Of a stretch of DNA of 64,000 bases, positions 58,482 to 64,000 are shown one piece after another (within the stretch, counting starts at the first letter, position 1; the number at the start of each line of letters is the position of its first letter). A program made the translations under genes and the position numbers. The DNA is taken from positions 64,001-128,000 of the forward strand of contig CAVPNL010000003.1 of NCBI GenBank assembly GCA_963706575.1, read 5' to 3'. This DNA is from an uncultured delta proteobacterium. Its GTDB lineage: Bacteria; Desulfobacterota; Desulfobacteria; Desulfobacterales; JAHEIW01. The notes under the pieces are model-generated. The model saw only the letters and a program-made list of their open reading frames with translations. It ran no database searches and was not told where the DNA came from.

Positions 58482-59663
58482 TTAGCGTTTTAGCGCATAT
58501 TTAATTATTTCCGGTGGTATCTGCGCTAAATAAACTTTTTCGTCAATAACGAAAGCAGGCGTTCCGTTTATTTGCAATTTTATTGCGCTTATAATGTCGT
58601 CTTGCAGCAACAATCGCGCGTTTCTATCATTTACCGAACGCGCAAGCGTTTTTGGATCCATTTCGAGCCTGGCGGCCAATTTTCTGATATTAATGACGTC
58701 GCTTTCTCCTGCTATTTCAAATAAGAGGTCATTCATCTGCCAGAATTTATTCCGGGTGGCGGCATGGATGGCTATCAGGGCCATTTTGCCCGAACCGATA
58801 TGAAAGGGCTCTTTAACGATCGGATTAACCGAATGGTCCATCGGGAAGTTGCGGTGGATCAACCGGATTTTGTCGGGATGTTGGGCGATTAATTGACGAA
58901 GGAAAAAATGCATTTTTTTGCATTGGAAACATTTATAATCCGTATATTCCGTAATGATCAGTTTCGGGTTTTCAGCACCGATCCAGGGATGCCCGTCTTT
59001 GGTCGTCCCTGAATTGAGTTTGGAAGTCAACCCCGGCGGTTCAAACTGCCAGTAAGCGGGAAAAAATAGCAAAAGCAGTATAATTCCAGCAAGAAATGGC
59101 GTAAACATGCGTAACACATACGACCGCCTAGTTTTAAGAAACTGGATATCTTTCTTTAAGCCTGCTATAAGACCGCTGCTTTTGAATCGGCTGCGAACCA
59201 TACGCGTGTAAAACAAAAGCAGTAAATTTACGGCGTAAAGCACCATACACATAATGCAGTAACTGTGAATATGAAAGATCGATATGGCCGCCAGAACGAT
59301 GCTATACAGCGTAAACGCTGCTGCGATCAAAAACAGCAGGGTCCATGGGCGCTTATGCTCCGCATCTTTATTTTTGGCAATCAACAAAAAAAGCAGAAAA
59401 AAAATGTAACCCACAACGCCCCAAACGGGAACCGGCAGGCGCCAAAAAATGGAATAGCTGCTTTCTGATACGGTATCGCAGTTAATGGCCTTTGAAATAG
59501 CGCAGAAGCTTTTATACCCGATGTCGGTATACACCCGGAAGTGGGAGTAAGAAAGGTATAGGGACACAATCAGTCCGACAAGAGCAAGAAAAACAACTGT
59601 ATAATAATAAACAGCAAAAGGAAGTGGCTGGATCGACTTGTCTTTGGTAAAAAGTTTGCGCAT
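58482..59663 (-). CDS. VKOR-DsbA/thioredoxin fusion
   Basis: VKOR CAISKAINCDTV and CIMC; thioredoxin-fold CFQC and GTP. Confidence 0.88.
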   Translation of the reverse strand: MRKLFTKDKSIQPLPFAVYYYTVVFLALVGLIVSLYLSYSHFRVYTDIGYKSFCAISKAINCDTVSESSYSIFWRLPVPVWGVVGYIFFLLFLLIAKNKDAEHKRPWTLLFLIAAAFTLYSIVLAAISIFHIHSYCIMCMVLYAVNLLLLFYTRMVRSRFKSSGLIAGLKKDIQFLKTRRSYVLRMFTPFLAGIILLLLFFPAYWQFEPPGLTSKLNSGTTKDGHPWIGAENPKLIITEYTDYKCFQCKKMHFFLRQLIAQHPDKIRLIHRNFPMDHSVNPIVKEPFHIGSGKMALIAIHAATRNKFWQMNDLLFEIAGESDVINIRKLAARLEMDPKTLARSVNDRNARLLLQDDIISAIKLQINGTPAFVIDEKVYLAQIPPEIIKYALKR

Positions 59664-59683
59664 GGATTAATTCGATTCCGTTT

Positions 59684-61747
59684 TCAGGCAGAAGATTGTT
59701 CGATAAGCTTTAGGATTTTTTCTTTGGACTCAGCCGGTAAAAAATTCTTCCCCGAATCATCGTGCAGCAAAACAAGCAATTCCTCTGACGGAACAATTAT
59801 TAATAATTTTTTTAGATACCGATCAACATCCTGCCGGTCATTAACGTTGAGATTGGTTTCAACCAACCACAACAAAGATAACTCATCATTCGGCGCGAAT
59901 TCCAGCACCCTGCTAAAAATAGCTTCAGCGCGCTCGTAATTCCCCATTAAATTGTTGCAAATGCCCACACCCAGCAGGGCCTGCTGGTTTTCGGAAACGA
60001 GACTTAAACATTGTTCGAAATACTTGAGTGCCGCTTCATAGTGGTTCTGGTTTAGCAACACGTAGCCGTTTAAATAGGTGAAATCAAAATGGCGAGGATA
60101 CCGCGCCATAATCTGATTGAGGTTTTCCAATGCCGCATTCCAGTTTTTCATTTCGATTAAGCCAATGACATATCGATGTCGGATGACGTCATCACCGGGT
60201 AAGAGTTCTAAAGCATTTTGCCAGAGTTCAGTGGCTTTCTGATAATTTTTTTTATGAACATAAAGCAACGCCAGATTACTCATTGCAATCGGATTGGCAG
60301 AATTACTGTTTGTTCTGAGATTCAAGGATTTTTCGTATAGCGCGATCGCCTTATCGTACTGCCCAGTTTTGGTATAGTATGACCAGGCCAGGTTATGAAG
60401 GGGACGATGAGAATTGGGCGCTTTTTGCATGGCATCTTCCCACAACGCTTTTTCAGTTGTCCAGGTCATGTTTCGGATGTAGGTGCCGGCGCCGATGCCC
60501 ATAATTATTAAAATCAAAGAGCAGATCAACACAAATCGAAAGGTTTTGTTTCTCTTTTCATAATGATTCAACAGCCTTTTGAATCCTGCAGCAACCGGCA
60601 GGAATAAAAATAGAGACGGCAGGTAGTTGCGATGTTCGAAAATCAGCTCAAGCGGGATGATCGTGGATTCGATCACATGATTTAAATAGAAAAACAAAAT
60701 CGCTAATGCCAGTAACGGTCGCTTTTTAATCTGAAATAGCCCGAAGCCGATTAAAACAATATGAAAAAATATCGCTGGCAGTGTGGTCCAGGGGTCAAAC
60801 AAAGCGGTAGAAACGGTAATATCGTGCTCAATGGAAAGCCTTGCGGGTAAAGGATAAAAGATCAGGCTCAGGTAGAAAAACACAATGCGAGGTTCGGTTA
60901 AAAGGCGCTCAGACAGAGTGAAGGGCCGCCCGCTATACCCTTTGAAAAATGCAAAAGGATTACCCGGCAGGAATAGCAAAGCACTAAAAACAACCAGCAA
61001 CCCGCCTGCGGCAATTGTTCCCCAAAAAAAAGTCCTTCTCACCCTCTGAGAGTTCAGATCTTGAAAACAAATCATTTCAATCAAAATAACGGCCAGCGGA
61101 AACGTTGCCGCATTTTGCTTTGATCCCAACGCCAGCAAAAAACCTGCCGCGCAACCCAATAACAGAAATGTGCGGCATAGCGGATGCTCGCTTTGCCGAA
61201 CTTTTAAATAAAGATAAAGACTCAGAATATAGAACATGGCAGCCATTGAAGCCATGCGTTGAACGATATAGGTTACGGTCTGAACTTGAATCGGATTAAT
61301 GGCCCATAGCACCGCTGCCAGGAAGGCAATAAAATTTTCTTTGCCTTGATATTGGGTTTTTAAATTTGGTGATTTGAGGATACTGAGAATTGTAAGAAAC
61401 AGGAGGTACGCCGTTAGAATGTGAACCAAAATGTTGACAACATGATAGCCGAAGACCCTGTCTTTGCCAAAATACCAGTTGATTGCAAAGGTCAGGCATG
61501 GAATCGGACGGTAGAGTCGGTCGGTGATGGTCCCTCCGAATTTGGGAGCCGTAAAAAAAGTCCGCATCAGCGAACCCGTCTGCAGGTTGGTAATGTGTAA
61601 GCCCCTGTTATCGACGATATTGGGCCGATCATCCAGATGCCAGGAGGCATTAAATGAATTGGAATAGATCAGGACAATAATTAAAGTGAAAAAAAATAAG
61701 GCCAGCAGACTTTTTAGTCGCCATTTTTGATTCTTAGTCTCTATCAT
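59684..61747 (-). CDS. TMTC-like GT-C membrane protein with C-terminal TPRs
   Basis: LDD.PNI, YRPI, YHVVNILVH, NPIQVQTVTYIVQR, SKQ, EHRNYLPS, RN..W, TPR array. Confidence 0.82.
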   Translation of the reverse strand: MIETKNQKWRLKSLLALFFFTLIIVLIYSNSFNASWHLDDRPNIVDNRGLHITNLQTGSLMRTFFTAPKFGGTITDRLYRPIPCLTFAINWYFGKDRVFGYHVVNILVHILTAYLLFLTILSILKSPNLKTQYQGKENFIAFLAAVLWAINPIQVQTVTYIVQRMASMAAMFYILSLYLYLKVRQSEHPLCRTFLLLGCAAGFLLALGSKQNAATFPLAVILIEMICFQDLNSQRVRRTFFWGTIAAGGLLVVFSALLFLPGNPFAFFKGYSGRPFTLSERLLTEPRIVFFYLSLIFYPLPARLSIEHDITVSTALFDPWTTLPAIFFHIVLIGFGLFQIKKRPLLALAILFFYLNHVIESTIIPLELIFEHRNYLPSLFLFLPVAAGFKRLLNHYEKRNKTFRFVLICSLILIIMGIGAGTYIRNMTWTTEKALWEDAMQKAPNSHRPLHNLAWSYYTKTGQYDKAIALYEKSLNLRTNSNSANPIAMSNLALLYVHKKNYQKATELWQNALELLPGDDVIRHRYVIGLIEMKNWNAALENLNQIMARYPRHFDFTYLNGYVLLNQNHYEAALKYFEQCLSLVSENQQALLGVGICNNLMGNYERAEAIFSRVLEFAPNDELSLLWLVETNLNVNDRQDVDRYLKKLLIIVPSEELLVLLHDDSGKNFLPAESKEKILKLIEQSSA

Positions 61748-62540
61748 TGATCGTGTTTGTCTCTTTTAAAATATTAGACTTTATCAAAATTACCGAAGAG
61801 AGAGATAAAGGCATCATTTTGGCATCAAGCCATACAAAGCCTTTATAAAATAAGTTTGTCCACTTGAAAAATGAAACAAATAAATCCATAAACCGGTGGG
61901 TGCGGACAGTCCCGGATATAGCGCCTGATAACTTACGTCTTTGAATTATCGAATAAAAATAAACCGCCAGGCTCATGGTAATTTTCTCCAACGGACCGAG
62001 CATCTTTGCCAGGCAAACCGGTTTGAAACCGGCCGATTTGAGTCGGTTCTTTATTTCAGGAATCTCATAGCGACGATAGTGTTTGACGAAAAGATCATCA
62101 TTGGCAAAATAACGCTTTCGGTGAGGAACGGTAATAATCAGACAGCCGGAGTCCTTGTTAAGGACCCGTGCTATTTCTTTAAGCGTCTGCAGATCATGCT
62201 CGATATGCTCTAAAACTTCCGAACAGATGGAATGTGAAAAAACATTTGATTTAAAGGGCAAATGCATTCCATCGGCGACCACATAATATCCTTGCCGTTG
62301 ACTGCGTTTAAGTAAACCGACGGCATCAAAAGACAAATCAGAATAAACCGTGTGACCCGAGCTTGTTATTAAAGGAGATATTCCGCTTCCGACTTCCAAT
62401 ATCCGCTGGGGTACTTCTTTGAACAAACTCTTTTGAACAGCTCTTTTGCGCAAACAGTAATTATAAAGATAATTCTTCAAAGCGATGTATTTTTTTTCTT
62501 TGAAAAGATCCTGAAAATTTCTGGTGTCTCTGGAGTTCAT
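61734..62540 (-). CDS. Class I SAM-dependent methyltransferase
   Basis: ILEVGSG, ADGMHLPF, SEVLEH, HYRRY. Confidence 0.88.
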   Translation of the reverse strand: MNSRDTRNFQDLFKEKKYIALKNYLYNYCLRKRAVQKSLFKEVPQRILEVGSGISPLITSSGHTVYSDLSFDAVGLLKRSQRQGYYVVADGMHLPFKSNVFSHSICSEVLEHIEHDLQTLKEIARVLNKDSGCLIITVPHRKRYFANDDLFVKHYRRYEIPEIKNRLKSAGFKPVCLAKMLGPLEKITMSLAVYFYSIIQRRKLSGAISGTVRTHRFMDLFVSFFKWTNLFYKGFVWLDAKMMPLSLSSVILIKSNILKETNTINDRD

Positions 62541-62576
62541 AAAAAACCTTGCAGATTAGTTACCCATGGAAAAAAA

Positions 62577-63335
62577 TTAAGATCTTTGATGATCTGCAAA
62601 TATCGCCGATTTGATGAGCCCGAATTGCGCCAGTCGATAAACCATTGCGGTTTGCAAACATCCGAACCCATATTTAACGCTTCTAAAAAAATTGATTGAA
62701 GAGGCTTCAGCAAAATACTTCGTTGGGCAGCTTACCTCGGCGATTGTATATCCGTACCACAGGACCTGGGCCAGCATCTGGTTGTCAAAAACGAAATCGT
62801 CGGAATTGATTTCTATGGGCAGATTTTCCAGCAACTGTCTTGAAAAGGCGCGATAGCCCGTATGATATTCAGACAACTTCGCTCCCAATAATAAGTTTTC
62901 AACCAGCGACAGCCCTCTGTTTGCAATGTATTTCCATATCGGCATCCCCCCCTTGAGGGCATAGCCACCTAGTATTCTGGAACCCAGTACACAGTGATAC
63001 AGCCCGTTTCCAATCATCGAAGCCATAGCGGGAATGAGTTTAGGCGTATACTGGTAATCCGGATGAACCATAACGATAATATCCCCTCCGGCCTCCAGGG
63101 CCAACCGATAGCATGATTTCTGATTACCGCCGTAACCCTTGTTTTGCGTGTGCTCATGAACGATTGTATTGGGTAGCGTTCTGGCAATTGCAACGGTTTC
63201 ATCATTGCTTCCGTCATCTACAAGAATGACCAGATCGACAATTTTCTGGGCCATCACTTCATCATAAGTTTTGCGCAGCGTTTGAGCTGCATTGTAGGCC
63301 GGCATGACAACGATAATTTTTTGGTCTCGATACAT
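62577..63335 (-). CDS. GT2 glycosyltransferase (Dpm1-like)
   Basis: VMPAYNAA, VDDGSND, NKGYGGNQK, HPDYQY, EYHTGYRAF. Confidence 0.9.
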   Translation of the reverse strand: MYRDQKIIVVMPAYNAAQTLRKTYDEVMAQKIVDLVILVDDGSNDETVAIARTLPNTIVHEHTQNKGYGGNQKSCYRLALEAGGDIIVMVHPDYQYTPKLIPAMASMIGNGLYHCVLGSRILGGYALKGGMPIWKYIANRGLSLVENLLLGAKLSEYHTGYRAFSRQLLENLPIEINSDDFVFDNQMLAQVLWYGYTIAEVSCPTKYFAEASSINFFRSVKYGFGCLQTAMVYRLAQFGLIKSAIFADHQRS

Positions 63336-63441
63336 GTAATTATTTACTCAAATATATTAATTTTGAATTCCTGAAATTGAGCCTCAATACATCATTTTTG
63401 ATCTTAATTTTCCCATCCTGCCTGAAGATCGGATTCTGATA

Positions 63442-64000
63442 TCATTTGAAATCAATATCGATCTTCCGGGCAGCGTCCGCGTGAATATAAGCGGATAGGA
63501 TTTTGAGATTTGTTCTGGCATCCGCAAGGGTTGGCTTCATCTGTAAAGCTGTCTTAAAGTGGGCAATGGCCTCTGGTATCTTTTTTTTGGATACCATCGC
63601 CGCTCCCAGGCTATTGTGGACTTCCGCATAGTCAGGTTTAATTCTTAGGGTCTCCTGAAAATGAACAATGGCTTCATCAACGCGCCCGATTTTAAGCAGC
63701 AAAACCCCGAAATTGTAGTGAACGCGGGCAAATTCGGGCCTGGCTTTTAGCACCGCATGATAATAAGCAAAACTCTCTTCAATCTTCGACTGAGAAAACA
63801 GCACCGATCCTAAATTGACGTGGGCCTGCTCAAACTCCGGATTGATGCCCAGCGCCTGTTTGTAGTGTTTAATCGCCTGGTCCTTTTGGTCTTGCAAGGC
63901 CAACTCAAATCCGAGATTATTATGGATGACATAGTTATCATTTGTCACACTTAACGCATGTTCAAAGAGCCGGATACTGTTTTTCCAGTAGCTCACCTGG
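63442..64000 (-). CDS. C-terminal TPR part of a second TMTC-like protein (5' end outside window)
   Basis: QVSYWKNSIRLFEHALSVT followed by TPRs (HNNLG, HVNLG, HYNFG, HNSLG). Confidence 0.8.
   Translation of the reverse strand, partial: QVSYWKNSIRLFEHALSVTNDNYVIHNNLGFELALQDQKDQAIKHYKQALGINPEFEQAHVNLGSVLFSQSKIEESFAYYHAVLKARPEFARVHYNFGVLLLKIGRVDEAIVHFQETLRIKPDYAEVHNSLGAAMVSKKKIPEAIAHFKTALQMKPTLADARTNLKILSAYIHADAARKIDIDFK

Overview
Bacterial DNA. Gene content (sigma-54 regulation, beta-oxidation gene load, ferredoxin, TMTC-like GT-C proteins) suggests an anaerobic deltaproteobacterium (Desulfobacterota-like); this is an inference. There are four blocks. (1) 1-29.9 kb is a large acyl-CoA catabolic cluster around a 1046-aa sigma-54 activator. 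I found three -24/-12 promoters. The cluster encodes two CrtI-like FAD oxidoreductases (one apparently internally deleted), a non-canonical 4-hydroxybutyryl-CoA dehydratase/HpaB-family protein, a complementary (probably heteromeric) acyl-CoA dehydrogenase pair, a Liv-type ABC transporter with an embedded acyl-CoA ligase, a Cys-less thiolase-fold protein paired with DUF35, MaoC, SDRs, a FadB/FadJ-like protein and a thiolase. It ends in a MaoC/MBL-hydrolase chimeric scar. (2) 30-35.9 kb holds a 1635-aa secreted S8 protease/GSDH-propeller/Ig-like protein with a 714-bp tandem duplication, then a decayed tyrosine integrase next to tRNA-Leu(CAG). (3) 36-50.7 kb holds housekeeping genes (ribF, def, fmt, rsmB, PASTA protein, rpe), a degenerate PilZ gene and a TetR-controlled LolA/LolCDE-like ABC system, with small palindromic repeats between genes. 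(4) 51-64 kb is a glycosylation locus with two TMTC-like GT-C/TPR proteins, two GT2s, a GT4, a pyruvyltransferase, an AsnB-like protein, methyltransferases, a flippase-like protein and a VKOR-DsbA fusion. The best candidates for an undescribed system are the sigma-54 pathway for a branched (steroid/isoprenoid-like) substrate and the TMTC-type protein glycosylation locus. All calls rest on visual motif recognition; no database search was run.
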